Origin: an uncultured Clostridia bacterium
GTDB lineage: Bacteria; Bacillota; Clostridia; TANB77; CAG-508
Length of the DNA stretch: 48,735 nt
Reading direction: 5' to 3'
Assembly (NCBI GenBank): GCA_944388985.1
Contig: CALXKT010000002.1
Location: 1 to 48,735 of the forward strand
Within the stretch, counting starts at the first letter, position 1; each line of letters begins with the position of its first letter. Shown here one piece after another: positions 1 through 9,594 of the stretch. Both the position numbers and the translations under genes were made by a program. A model generated the notes under the pieces. It had not been told where the DNA came from and ran no database searches. It was given only the letters and a program-made list of their open reading frames with translations.

Positions 1-9
1 TAACTAATT

Positions 10-297
10 TTGAAGATATTAATACTTCTAAAAATAGTTCTACCGTTACGAAAAGTAACATCGGTACACAAAGATGTTAGTGAACGATTACAAAAAATAA
101 GCCCTTATCTCGCGGCAGAAGTAAGAAGCGTTTTAGATGAAAATAAAGCAGAGAGACACATTCGAGGAGGTTTGGCTACTAAGCTAAAATATGAACATGA
201 ACATATGAATGGAAATGTTCGGATGAAACAAGGGGACACACAATGTGTTTCAACTTTGGAACAAAGGGACAGACATATTAGTTTGACGGAAAATTAA
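10..297 (+). CDS. SpoIIID-like sporulation transcription factor, atypical and possibly degenerate copy
   Basis: The translation contains VHKDVSERL..AAEVRSVLDENKAERHIRGGLATKLKYE, which matches the conserved C-terminal half of SpoIIID. There is an in-frame TAA at 1-3, a TTG start, and the helix-turn-helix part looks shortened. Part of the roughly 30-codon C-terminal tail (nt 223-274) is read through GGGACA-box repeats. Confidence 0.45.
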   Translation: MKILILLKIVLPLRKVTSVHKDVSERLQKISPYLAAEVRSVLDENKAERHIRGGLATKLKYEHEHMNGNVRMKQGDTQCVSTLEQRDRHISLTEN

Positions 298-403
298 ATT
301 AGGAGCAATTGGGGACGTTCTTATTTTGCGCAAGTACCTGTGCAAAATAAGAACGTCCCCAATTGCTCCTCTTGAACAAATAGGAGTGTCCCTTCTGTTC
401 AAG
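223..403. repeat. GGGACA-box repeat cluster (subfamilies D, E, A), including a 32-bp-stem hairpin at 301-370
   Basis: Boxes at 233, 266, 312, 354 and 387. AGGAGCAATTGGGGACGTTCTTATTTTGCGCA / TGTGCAAAATAAGAACGTCCCCAATTGCTCCT form an inverted repeat with one G:T mismatch. Confidence 0.85.
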
Positions 404-413
404 TTATTTTTTT
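371..413 (+). terminator. repeat-derived hairpin with T-run (terminator of the SpoIIID-like gene)
   Basis: CTTGAACA-aataggagtgtcccttc-TGTTCAAG followed by TTATTTTTTT. Confidence 0.5.
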
Positions 414-1182
414 AGATTCCCATTATATTATAGCCGTTATCTGCATATATCACTTGGCCAGTAATTACAGAAGACATATTACTAAATAAGAAAGCTACTA
501 CATTTCCTACTTCCTCAGTTGTAACATTTCTTCTAAGTGGTGCCTTTTCTTCTACAACATCTAAAATGCTTCCAAAGTCTTTGATACCTTTTGCAGACAA
601 TGTTTTAATAGGTCCTGCAGATACTGCATTCACACGAATGTTTTTCTTTCCTAAGTTATCTGCTAAGTATCTTACACTTGTCTCTAAAGCAGCTTTTGCT
701 ACTCCCATTACATTATATCCTGGTAATACTTTTGTTGAACCATAATAAGTTAAGGATACTAAACTAGCTCCGTCGTTTAGCATTTCTAGTTCTTCTGCAA
801 TTCTAGCAACTGCAACAAAAGAATAAGCACTTACATCATTTGCATGTGAAAATCCCTCTCTGCTTGTTGTAATAAAATCATTTCTTAAATCTTCTGTATT
901 GGCATGTGCAATACTATGTAAAATACCATCTAAATTTCCATTCTCCGCTTTGATTTTTTCAAAACATTCTTTAATAGACTCATCACTAGAAGCATCGCAA
1001 GAATATGCCTTTGCTCCAGGAATTTCAGAGATTAATTCCTCTATTTTTTCTCTATTTTCTTCTCCCATAAAAGTAAATAACACTTTTGCTCCATTGTCGG
1101 CAGCAGATCTTGCTGCTCCCCATGCAATACTCCACTTATTTCGAATTCCCATAATTAATACTGTTTTGTTTTCTAATAACAT
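412..1182 (-). CDS. fabI: enoyl-ACP reductase (NADH), FabI type
   Basis: SDR fold with N-terminal GIRNKWSIAWG loop and FabI-type YNVMGVAKAALE (Y-x6-K). It is the last gene of the fab/acc cluster. Confidence 0.85.
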   Translation of the reverse strand: MLLENKTVLIMGIRNKWSIAWGAARSAADNGAKVLFTFMGEENREKIEELISEIPGAKAYSCDASSDESIKECFEKIKAENGNLDGILHSIAHANTEDLRNDFITTSREGFSHANDVSAYSFVAVARIAEELEMLNDGASLVSLTYYGSTKVLPGYNVMGVAKAALETSVRYLADNLGKKNIRVNAVSAGPIKTLSAKGIKDFGSILDVVEEKAPLRRNVTTEEVGNVVAFLFSNMSSVITGQVIYADNGYNIMGI

Positions 1183-1204
1183 TTTTCTTTCCTCCTATTT
1201 TTAT

Positions 1205-1993
1205 TTACATTTTTCTAAACTTTTGATAACGTTGTTCTACTAAGTCGTCTACTTTTATCGCCTGCAACTCTTCGGTAATAGCTACTATTTTCTTTTTAAG
1301 CGTCTCTGCCATTTTTTCCACATCGGTCTTAGCATTTCCATTTGGCTCTTTTATCACTTCATCAATGACGCCTAAATCTAGTAAATCTTTTGCAGTAAGC
1401 TTCATTTTTTCGGCAGCCTCTTCGGCCCTTGTGCTATCTTTCCATAAAATACTGGCATAACCTTCTGGTGAAAGGATGGAATAAACCGCATTTTCTAGCA
1501 TCAATACTCTGTCTCCTACACCTATTGCTAAGGCTCCACCGCTAGAGCCTTCTCCAATTACAATTGCAATAATTGGCACTTTTAAGTCCGACATTTCCAT
1601 CAAATTTCTAGCAATGGCTTCGCCTTGCCCTCTTTCCTCTGCGCCAATTCCTGGATAAGCCCCCTTGGTATCGATAAAAGTAATAATTGGTCTATGGAAT
1701 TTTTCAGCCTGCTTCATAAATCTTAATGCCTTGCGATACGCTTCTGGGTTAGGCATTCCGAAATTTCTTTCAATGTTTTCTTTGGTATTTCTACCTTTCT
1801 GTTCTGCCACAATGGTATAATTTTGTTTTGCAATATTCCCAAGACCACACACAATTGATTTATCATCTTTAAAATAACGGTCTCCATGCAATTCTATGAA
1901 TTCATCAAATATCTTTTCAATATAATCTAGTGCAGTAGGTCTTTCTGGCTCTCTTGCAATCTTTACTCTTTCCCATGCAGTTACCTTTGCCAA
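1205..1993 (-). CDS. accA: acetyl-CoA carboxylase carboxyltransferase alpha subunit
   Basis: IGEGSSGGALA motif and full-length alpha-CT pattern. TTG start preceded by AAAGGATGG. Adjacent to accD. Confidence 0.88.
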   Translation of the reverse strand: MAKVTAWERVKIAREPERPTALDYIEKIFDEFIELHGDRYFKDDKSIVCGLGNIAKQNYTIVAEQKGRNTKENIERNFGMPNPEAYRKALRFMKQAEKFHRPIITFIDTKGAYPGIGAEERGQGEAIARNLMEMSDLKVPIIAIVIGEGSSGGALAIGVGDRVLMLENAVYSILSPEGYASILWKDSTRAEEAAEKMKLTAKDLLDLGVIDEVIKEPNGNAKTDVEKMAETLKKKIVAITEELQAIKVDDLVEQRYQKFRKM

Positions 1994-2012
1994 GTTAATC
2001 CATCCTTTCTCT

Positions 2013-2858
2013 TTATTTGTTTAGCAGTAAAAGTTTATATAATGTTTCTTTCATGTCTTTTCGATTTACCACTTTATCTACAAATCCATGTTCTAATAAA
2101 AACTCTGCTGTTTGGAAGCCCTCTGGTAAGTCCTCTCCAATGGTTTGCTTTATTACTCTAGGTCCTGCAAAACCTATCATCGCATTTGGTTCTGCTAAAA
2201 TGATATCCCCTAAAGTAGCAAAACTTGCCGTAACTCCACCATATGTTGGATCTGTCAAAATGGAAATATAGAGATTTCCTGCCTTTTGTAATTTTTCGAC
2301 AGCAGCTACTGTTTTTGCCATCTGCATTAAAGAAATAATTCCTTCCTGCATTCTGGCTCCTCCAGAAGCCGAGAAGATAATCACCGGTAACTTTAGCTCT
2401 ATCGCTTTTTCGATAGAATTGGTAATATTTTCACCAACTACTCTTCCCATACTTCCCATCATAAAATTACTATCCATAACACAAATAACTACTTTTTCTC
2501 CATTAATCTTACCAATGCCACATTTTACTGCTTCCTCTAAACCTGTTTTTTCTCTTAGCACTTCTAACTTTTTCACATAGTCGTCCATTTCTAAAGGATT
2601 CGTGGTATTGCAATCTAGCTGAAACTCTTCAAAAGTACCGCTGTCTACGATTTGGTCTATTCTTCTTCTGCTAGACAAACGAAAATGATTTCCACAATTA
2701 GGGCACACACTGTAATTCTTGTGTAAATCTTCTTTATATAATATCTCCTTACACTTGCTACACTTTACCCACATTCCTACTGGAATATCACTTCGATGCT
2801 CTTTCTCACTTCCATCTTCTTGGTATTCAATTCTTTTCTTAATTTTATCAATAACCAT
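2013..2858 (-). CDS. accD: acetyl-CoA carboxylase carboxyltransferase beta subunit
   Basis: N-terminal zinc ribbon (CSKCKE..CPNCG) followed by the beta-CT domain with SGGARMQEG. Confidence 0.9.
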   Translation of the reverse strand: MVIDKIKKRIEYQEDGSEKEHRSDIPVGMWVKCSKCKEILYKEDLHKNYSVCPNCGNHFRLSSRRRIDQIVDSGTFEEFQLDCNTTNPLEMDDYVKKLEVLREKTGLEEAVKCGIGKINGEKVVICVMDSNFMMGSMGRVVGENITNSIEKAIELKLPVIIFSASGGARMQEGIISLMQMAKTVAAVEKLQKAGNLYISILTDPTYGGVTASFATLGDIILAEPNAMIGFAGPRVIKQTIGEDLPEGFQTAEFLLEHGFVDKVVNRKDMKETLYKLLLLNK

Positions 2859-2872
2859 ATTTCTTCCTTTCT

Positions 2873-3021
2873 TTCCAGTTTGGGGACAGGCGTTTTTCTC
2901 TACTTTTTTCCAATTTAGGGACAGGCGTTATTTTCACGCCATTTTATTATCTTACTTTTATCCTAAAGGGTGTCCCCATTTTGGAAAAAAGTAGAGAAAA
3001 ACGCCTGTCCCCAAACTGGAA
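2873..3021. repeat. GGGACA-box repeat cluster (subfamily C) between accC and accD
   Basis: Perfect 41-bp inverted repeat, 2873-2913 vs 2981-3021. Four boxes at 2883, 2918, 2971 and 3006 with 35-bp phase in each arm. Confidence 0.9.
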
Positions 3022-3022
3022 C

Positions 3023-4360
3023 TCACATATACTTCTCAATGAAAGAGGTATCATAGTCATTGTTTACAAACTTCTCATTGGATAATATGCGAAATAGAAA
3101 ATCGATATTCGTATCAATTCCTTCAATGACGCATTCTTCCAATGCTCGCTTCATTTTTGCTATTGCAGCATTTCTGTTTTCTGCATGTACAATTAATTTT
3201 GCTATCATGGAATCATACATAGGTGGAATAGTATAGCCTGTATACACTGCTGTGTCTATTCTTACTCCATTTCCTCCTGGTAGATTTAGTTCTGTAATCT
3301 TCCCTGGACATGGTCTAAAGTTTTTGTCTGGATTTTCCGCATTAATTCTGCATTCAATTGCATGCCCTCTAAAAGTAATGTCCTTTTGTGTAAATGCTAG
3401 TGGCTCTCCAGATGCAATCTTTATCTGCTCTTTTACAATGTCAATCCCTGTTACCATCTCTGTTACAGGATGTTCTACTTGAATTCTTGTGTTCATTTCC
3501 ATAAAGTAAAAGTTTTTATCTTTGTCCACTAAAAATTCTATTGTTCCTGCATTGGTATAGCCAGATGCTTTTACTGCACGAATGGCTGCTTTTCCCATTT
3601 TGGCTCTTAGTTCTTCGTCAATTACCATGGATGGGCTTTCTTCCAATACTTTTTGGTTTCTTCTTTGGATAGAGCAGTCTCTTTCTCCTAAATGTACTAC
3701 ATTTCCTTGCTCATCTGCCAAAACTTGCATTTCTACATGGCGTGGATTAACAATAAACTTTTCCATATAGATGGCATCATCTTTAAAGGATGCTTTTGCT
3801 TCTTGCTTTACTAGGTGAAAGGCATTTTCCATTTCAGATTCACTTTCTACTTTTCGAATGCCTTTGCCTCCTCCACCAGCAGACGCCTTAAGAAGAACCG
3901 GATATCCTATTTCTGCCGCACATGCAATAGCCTCTTTTACGGTTTCAATACACCCATCTGAACCTGGTACAACTGGTACCTTTGCATTTTTCATTAATTC
4001 TTTACTATTGGATTTGTTTCCCATTAAATCAATTACATGGTAAGATGGTCCAATAAATTTTAATTTACTTTCCTCACACATTTTAGCGAAACTAGCATTT
4101 TCCGATAAAAAACCAAAGCCGGGATGAATGCTATCGCAATTCGTTGTACATGCTGCTTCTAGTATGTTCTGAATATTTAAGTAACTTTTTGCGGAAGGAG
4201 CTGGCCCTACACAAACTGCTTCATCTGCAAGTCTTACATGTAAGGCATCTCTATCTGCTTCCGAATAAATTGCTACAGTTTTAATATTCATTTCCTTGCA
4301 AGCTCTTATAATTCTAACTGCTATTTCTCCTCTGTTTGCCACTAAAACTTTCTTTAACAT
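3023..4360 (-). CDS. accC: biotin carboxylase
   Basis: ATP-grasp motifs GGGGKGIR and EMNTRIQVEHPVTE. 445 aa, typical length. Confidence 0.92.
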   Translation of the reverse strand: MLKKVLVANRGEIAVRIIRACKEMNIKTVAIYSEADRDALHVRLADEAVCVGPAPSAKSYLNIQNILEAACTTNCDSIHPGFGFLSENASFAKMCEESKLKFIGPSYHVIDLMGNKSNSKELMKNAKVPVVPGSDGCIETVKEAIACAAEIGYPVLLKASAGGGGKGIRKVESESEMENAFHLVKQEAKASFKDDAIYMEKFIVNPRHVEMQVLADEQGNVVHLGERDCSIQRRNQKVLEESPSMVIDEELRAKMGKAAIRAVKASGYTNAGTIEFLVDKDKNFYFMEMNTRIQVEHPVTEMVTGIDIVKEQIKIASGEPLAFTQKDITFRGHAIECRINAENPDKNFRPCPGKITELNLPGGNGVRIDTAVYTGYTIPPMYDSMIAKLIVHAENRNAAIAKMKRALEECVIEGIDTNIDFLFRILSNEKFVNNDYDTSFIEKYM

Positions 4361-4465
4361 GAACTCTCTCCTTGTTTTTTATTAAATTCTAGCTTGATTC
4401 TTTCCTTTTATACGCATTAAATTTTCCCAAACGTCTTCTTTTGCAATAAAAAACGACAATCTTCC

Positions 4466-4888
4466 TTACACAATTGCAAAAGTAAGCTCTCCTTTTGCTG
4501 CCACTTTTCCATCTACGGTTGCAATTGCTTCTCCTACTCCGATAGGACCTTTTTGCTTTATTATTTTCACTTCTAGTTTTAACACATCGCCAGGAACCAC
4601 TTGCTTTTTGAAACGAAGTTTATCAATTCCTCCAAATAAAGCATTTTTCCCCTTATTTTCTTCCATAGAAAGAATGGCAACAGCACCCGTTTGTGCTAAT
4701 GCTTCTACAATAAGCACACCTGGCATAATTGGTTGCCCTGGAAAATGCCCTTGAAAATGTGGCTCATTAATGCATACATTTTTATAAGCTGTGCAACTTT
4801 GCCCTGGCACATATTCCTCTACTCTGTCTATCATCAAAAATGGTGGTCTTTGAGGTATTATTTTCATTATTTCATTAATATCTAACAT
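4466..4888 (-). CDS. fabZ: 3-hydroxyacyl-ACP dehydratase
   Basis: Hot-dog fold with [19 protein letters not shown] active-site region. Confidence 0.9.
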   Translation of the reverse strand: MLDINEIMKIIPQRPPFLMIDRVEEYVPGQSCTAYKNVCINEPHFQGHFPGQPIMPGVLIVEALAQTGAVAILSMEENKGKNALFGGIDKLRFKKQVVPGDVLKLEVKIIKQKGPIGVGEAIATVDGKVAAKGELTFAIV

Positions 4889-4965
4889 GGTTTTCTCTCC
4901 CTACTTTCACGTTTAATTTAGCACTACTAAGTTTTGACAACGCAAGATGCCATTTTTCATTCGTT

Positions 4966-5412
4966 TTATCTTATTTTAAATAGTGGCTTCCCATAATCCA
5001 CCATTTCTCCATCTTCTACACATACTTCTACTACTTCTCCATCAAATTCCGACTCAATTTCGTTCATCAATTTCATGGCTTCTACAATGCAAAGAATGTC
5101 TCCTTTTTTTACTTTGCTTCCTACTGTTACATAAGGCTTTGCTTCTGGGGAAGATTTTGAATAAAAAGTTCCTACCATTGGTGATTTTACCACTTTACAT
5201 TCTTCAACTTCTTTACTATTTTCTTCTTTTTCTGTAGCTTCTGTTTTCACTGGTGCTTTTTCTGGCACGGTAATGTATTGCACTCCTCCTGCTACTGGTG
5301 CTTTATCTTTCTTCATGCTAATTTTCACACCATCTGGAAATTCAATACTAAGCTCATCAATTTTAGAATCTCCCATATCATCAATTAATCTTTTAATTTC
5401 TTCGTAATTCAT
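4966..5412 (-). CDS. accB: biotin carboxyl carrier protein
   Basis: C-terminal biotinyl domain with EAMKLMNEI. Start moved to the ATG at 5412, which has AGGAG 7 nt upstream, rather than the ORF-track start at 5430. Confidence 0.85.
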   Translation of the reverse strand: MNYEEIKRLIDDMGDSKIDELSIEFPDGVKISMKKDKAPVAGGVQYITVPEKAPVKTEATEKEENSKEVEECKVVKSPMVGTFYSKSSPEAKPYVTVGSKVKKGDILCIVEAMKLMNEIESEFDGEVVEVCVEDGEMVDYGKPLFKIR

Positions 5413-5422
5413 GTTTTCACTC

Positions 5423-6661
5423 CTATTCATACTTTTTTAACAATATACTAGCATTGTGTCCACCAAATCCTAACGAATTCGACATAGCATATTTTACATC
5501 TACTTTTCTTCCTTCATTTGGAACAATATCTAAGTCGCATTCTTCGTCTGGTACTTTATAGTTGATAGTTGCTGGTACAAAGCCTTCTTCAATTGCTTTT
5601 GCACATACAATAGCTTCTACTCCTCCTGCTGCTCCTAATAAATGGGCTGTATGGCTCTTTGTAGAACTAACCATTACTTTCTTGCTTGCTTCTTCTCCCA
5701 AAGCTGTTTTGATAGCTTGCGTTTCTCCTGAATCATTTAAATGAGTAGATGTTCCATGCGCATTTATGTAGGTAATTTCTTCTGGTTTTGCTCCTGCTTC
5801 TGCCATCGCAATTTTCATTGCTCTTGCTCCACCTTCTCCTCCTGGCGCAGGTGAAGTAATGTGGTAAGCATCCGATGTTGCACCATAACCAACTATCTCT
5901 GCATAGATTTTAGCGCCTCTTTTTAAAGCATGTTCTAACTCTTCTAGGATAATAACACCAGCTCCTTCTCCCATAACAAAACCGCTTCTCTCTTTGTCGA
6001 ATGGGATACTTGCTCTGTTTTTATCTGTTGCTTGGGATAATGCTTTAATATTGGTAAATCCGGAAATTCCCATTGGCGTAATAGGTGCTTCTGTTCCACC
6101 AGCTAATACAATATCTTGATATCCATGTTTTATCATGTGAAAACTTTCTCCAATACAGTGAGTTCCCGTTGCACAAGCCGTTACCATGGAAATCGATTCT
6201 CCTTTAATTCCTAGTTCAATGGCTACGTTTCCTGCTGCCATATTTACAATACTCATTGGAATAAACATAGGAGATACTCTATCTGGTCCTTTTGCAAACA
6301 AGTTGGAAGATTCGCGTTCAATAGTCTCTAAACCACCAATTCCAGAACCTAGGATAACACCTACTCTTTCCATATTTTCTGTTTCTTTATCTAATTTACT
6401 ATCTTGCCAAGCTTCTTTCGCTGCAACGATTGCAAACTGTGAATATCTATCTAATCTTTTTGCATTTCTTTTATCGAAATGTTCTTCTGCATTATAACCT
6501 TTTACTTCTGCTGCTAATTTTACTTTATAATTGGTAGTATCAAAATGCGTAATTTCATCAATTCCACATTTTCCCTCTTTAATTCCTTTCCAGAATTCTT
6601 CTGCATTATTTCCAATAGGAGTAATCGCTCCCAATCCTGTAATAACGACTCTTCTTTCCAT
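5423..6661 (-). CDS. fabF: 3-oxoacyl-ACP synthase II
   Basis: KAS II motifs: active-site Cys in VTACATG, then NAHGTST, HLLGAAG and C-terminal NSLGFGGHNAS. Start taken at MERRVVITG, which has AAGGAGA 9 nt upstream. Confidence 0.9.
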   Translation of the reverse strand: MERRVVITGLGAITPIGNNAEEFWKGIKEGKCGIDEITHFDTTNYKVKLAAEVKGYNAEEHFDKRNAKRLDRYSQFAIVAAKEAWQDSKLDKETENMERVGVILGSGIGGLETIERESSNLFAKGPDRVSPMFIPMSIVNMAAGNVAIELGIKGESISMVTACATGTHCIGESFHMIKHGYQDIVLAGGTEAPITPMGISGFTNIKALSQATDKNRASIPFDKERSGFVMGEGAGVIILEELEHALKRGAKIYAEIVGYGATSDAYHITSPAPGGEGGARAMKIAMAEAGAKPEEITYINAHGTSTHLNDSGETQAIKTALGEEASKKVMVSSTKSHTAHLLGAAGGVEAIVCAKAIEEGFVPATINYKVPDEECDLDIVPNEGRKVDVKYAMSNSLGFGGHNASILLKKYE

Positions 6662-6696
6662 TTTGCACATTCTCCTTTTTTATTTTTAATTTTAGC

Positions 6697-7437
6697 CTAC
6701 ATTACCATACCGCCATCAATGTTTATAACCTGTCCCGTCACATACGAGCTATCTTCTGATGCCAAGAACTTAACCACTTTTGCTACTTCCCTTGGAGTTC
6801 CCATTCTTTTTAGTGGTATTTGAGCATGAATTCCATCTTTTACGGTATCAGATAATACCTTTGTCATATCTGTATCAATAAAACCTGGTGCTACTGCATT
6901 TACTAAAATATTTCTACTTGCCACTTCTTTTGCTAAACTTTTAGTAAATCCAATAATTCCTGCTTTTGATGCGGAATAATTCGTTTGCCCAGCATTTCCT
7001 GCTACTCCTACTACAGAAGATAAACTAATAATTCTGCCCGATTTTTGCTTAATCATGTAAGGAATGACATTTCTTGTTACATTAAAAGTTCCCGTTAAAT
7101 TAACATCAACAACTGCTTCAAAGTCTTCTTTCTTCATTCTCATAATCAAGCCATCTCTTGTAATTCCTGCATTATTTACTAACACATCAATTCTGCCAAA
7201 TTTTTCAATGGTATCCTTTACCATTGCTTCACATTGTTCGAAATTTGCTACATCTGCTTCCACAAATTCGCATCTTACACCATTTTTTTCTATCTCTTTT
7301 CTTAATTCTTCTAAAGAATCATCTTTTCTTCTGCAATTTACAGCAATGTCAAATCCATTTTCGGCAAGTTCTAAGGCAATTTCTTTTCCAATTCCTCTGG
7401 TTGCCCCAGTAATTAAAGCCACTTTATTTTCACTCAT
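6697..7437 (-). CDS. fabG: 3-oxoacyl-ACP reductase
   Basis: TGATRGIG cofactor loop and NYSASKAG (Y-x3-K). Sits between fabD and fabF. Start at the second ATG, which has better RBS spacing. Confidence 0.88.
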   Translation of the reverse strand: MSENKVALITGATRGIGKEIALELAENGFDIAVNCRRKDDSLEELRKEIEKNGVRCEFVEADVANFEQCEAMVKDTIEKFGRIDVLVNNAGITRDGLIMRMKKEDFEAVVDVNLTGTFNVTRNVIPYMIKQKSGRIISLSSVVGVAGNAGQTNYSASKAGIIGFTKSLAKEVASRNILVNAVAPGFIDTDMTKVLSDTVKDGIHAQIPLKRMGTPREVAKVVKFLASEDSSYVTGQVINIDGGMVM

Positions 7438-7535
7438 TTTCTTCATCCTTTCTTGTTTTATTCGTTTATTCCTAAATTTTATTATGTACTTTTCTTATTC
7501 TCTGTGAAGACTTTTTTGTTCGTTTTTTGACCGTT

Positions 7536-7557
7536 AAGAGTGTCCCTTTTGTCCAAG
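7536..7557. repeat. single GGGACA-box unit (subfamily B)
   Basis: AAGAGTGTCCCTTTTGTCCAAG, 4 nt from the fabD stop codon. Confidence 0.7.
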
Positions 7558-7560
7558 CTA

Positions 7561-8499
7561 CTATTTTAATTGTTGTAAAGCACTCTCCATTGTTTCTATA
7601 TTTTCAATGTTAAGCACTGTCACACCTAGTTCTTTTTCCTTTGCTACTTTTCTTACAAAACCAGATAGAGTTTTTCCTGGTCCTATTTCCGCAAAAGTAT
7701 CGATTCCCATAGCTAACATGGTCTCCACCGATTTTCTAAATTTTACTGGGCACATAACATGGTTCGCTAATATTTCTACCATATTATCTTCTTCTGCATA
7801 AGGAGTGCCATCTAAGTTTTTTATAACAGGAAGCTGACATGGTGCAAAAGTAATTTTTTCTAATTCTTTTTTTAAAGCTTTCGATGCTTCCTGTAGTTTT
7901 TCAGTGTGGAAAGGTCCACTTGTTTTTAGCTCTACTGCTTTTCTTGCTCCTAAAGCTTTTGCATTTTCCATTGCCTTTGTTACTGCTACTTTCTCCCCAG
8001 AAACAACTACTTGCCCTGGGCAATTGTAATTTACTGCTCTTACGAAGCCCTCTGTCACTTTGCTACAAGCTTCCTCTACTTTGTCATCTTCTAGCCCAAT
8101 AATTGCGGCCATAGCCCACTCGCCTTTTGGTGCTAGCTCTTGCATCAAAGTTCCTCTTGTTCTTACAATTTTTGCTCCTTCTTCTATAGAAATAACTTTT
8201 GCACATGTTAAAGCACTATATTCTCCTAAACTTAATCCTGCTGCTGCATCTACTTGAACACCTTGTGTTTTTAGAATTTCTAAAATTGCCATGCTCATAG
8301 CATAAATAGCAATTTGTGTATTTTTTGTTTGATTCAATTCTTCCTCACTTGTTTCAAACGTTAATTTTGCGATATCTTCTCCTAAAACTTGCTCTATCTT
8401 TTTATATACCTTTTTAGCTTCGTCATATTTTTCATATAAGTCTTTTCCCATTCCTACTGTTTGCGTTCCTTGCCCTGGAAAAACAAATCCAATTTTCAT
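7561..8499 (-). CDS. fabD: malonyl-CoA:ACP transacylase
   Basis: FPGQGTQ and GLSLGEYSA (active Ser). Start set to MKIGFVFPGQG, with AAAGGA upstream. The 18-codon N-terminal extension in the ORF track is unsupported. Confidence 0.88.
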   Translation of the reverse strand: MKIGFVFPGQGTQTVGMGKDLYEKYDEAKKVYKKIEQVLGEDIAKLTFETSEEELNQTKNTQIAIYAMSMAILEILKTQGVQVDAAAGLSLGEYSALTCAKVISIEEGAKIVRTRGTLMQELAPKGEWAMAAIIGLEDDKVEEACSKVTEGFVRAVNYNCPGQVVVSGEKVAVTKAMENAKALGARKAVELKTSGPFHTEKLQEASKALKKELEKITFAPCQLPVIKNLDGTPYAEEDNMVEILANHVMCPVKFRKSVETMLAMGIDTFAEIGPGKTLSGFVRKVAKEKELGVTVLNIENIETMESALQQLK

Positions 8500-8542
8500 T
8501 TTCTTCGTCCTTTCTTTTGCATTTTTTGTTATTTTTTGAACA

Positions 8543-9469
8543 TTAAATTTCAATCAAAATACTTCCCAAATTAAGTCCTCCGCCATATCCCGCAAGCAAA
8601 ATTTTATCGTTTTCTTTCAAAAGTTTTTTATCCAAAATTTCATTTAAAGCTATCGGAATACTAGCATTAAAGGTATTTCCTATTTCTGCAATATTGCTAT
8701 ACATTTGTTTTGGCTTTGCACCTATTTTTTCAGCAATATTTGTTAATATGCGTATATTAGATTGGTGTGGAATAAAATATTTAATATCTGCAATATTTAA
8801 ATTTTGTTCTTCTAACAGTTCTGTTATATTTTTGGTTACTTTTTCGATTGCGAATTTATATACTTTTTTTCCATCCATCCAAATAGGCTGATTTTCTTTA
8901 CAGGTTAGAATATCTCCCTCTTGCCCAATACTTTTGATATTTTGTGCATATAGCTTATTTTTCGCTTTGCTAAGCAAGGTAGCTCCTGCACCATCTCCTA
9001 ATAAGATGGTAGTGTTAATATCATTTTTATCTAAGTATTTCGAAAGTTTTTCTACTCCTACAACTAATGCCTGCTCTACTTCTTCTACCTCCAAGTATTT
9101 TCTTGCAATATCAATACCATTAATATAGCCACAGCAACCGGCTAAAAGGTCCATGCACATGCAATTGGTAATACCAAAATATTTTTGAATTTCAAAAGAA
9201 ATCCCAGGCATTGTATTTTCAAAATTAGTAGATGCCACAATAATAAGTCCAATTTTACTGAAATCCAAGTCGCTTTTTTCCTTTAAGTTTTCAACCGCCT
9301 TAATGGCTAAATCTAATGTTGTTTCCTCTTCTGCCCAATATCTTGTTTTTATTCCTGTTCTTTTATAAATCCAATTTTTATCTATGCCAAATTTTTCATT
9401 TAATACTTCATTTTCTATCTTTTGTTTCGGTAAATACATCCCACTTGCCAATAATTTTATTGAATTCAT
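8543..9469 (-). CDS. fabH: 3-oxoacyl-ACP synthase III
   Basis: KAS III pattern: LAGCCGY active-site Cys, HQSN, and GNTFNASIP near the C-terminus. First gene of the fab operon. Confidence 0.88.
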   Translation of the reverse strand: MNSIKLLASGMYLPKQKIENEVLNEKFGIDKNWIYKRTGIKTRYWAEEETTLDLAIKAVENLKEKSDLDFSKIGLIIVASTNFENTMPGISFEIQKYFGITNCMCMDLLAGCCGYINGIDIARKYLEVEEVEQALVVGVEKLSKYLDKNDINTTILLGDGAGATLLSKAKNKLYAQNIKSIGQEGDILTCKENQPIWMDGKKVYKFAIEKVTKNITELLEEQNLNIADIKYFIPHQSNIRILTNIAEKIGAKPKQMYSNIAEIGNTFNASIPIALNEILDKKLLKENDKILLAGYGGGLNLGSILIEI

Positions 9470-9501
9470 ATGTATTCCTTTCCGTTAATTTTTCGAATAG
9501 T

Positions 9502-9510
9502 ATTATACCA
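9502..9510 (-). promoter_or_regulatory. extended -10 element (TGgTATAAT) of the fab operon promoter
   Basis: The minus strand reads TTTATGGTATAAT about 30 nt upstream of the fabH RBS. The -35 is weak. Confidence 0.35.
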
Positions 9511-9594
9511 TAAATGTAATTTTTTTGCATCCTTTCTAACCAATTGGTCGAAATTTTTGGTTACAGGATAATGGTTTATCATTCTTTTTATTTT

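Noticed and set aside
412-9469. Absence of acpP and of a FapR/FabT-type regulator gene inside the fab/acc cluster.
   Set aside because: In many Clostridia acpP sits with plsX elsewhere and the regulator is unlinked. Absence from this window is not evidence of anything unusual.
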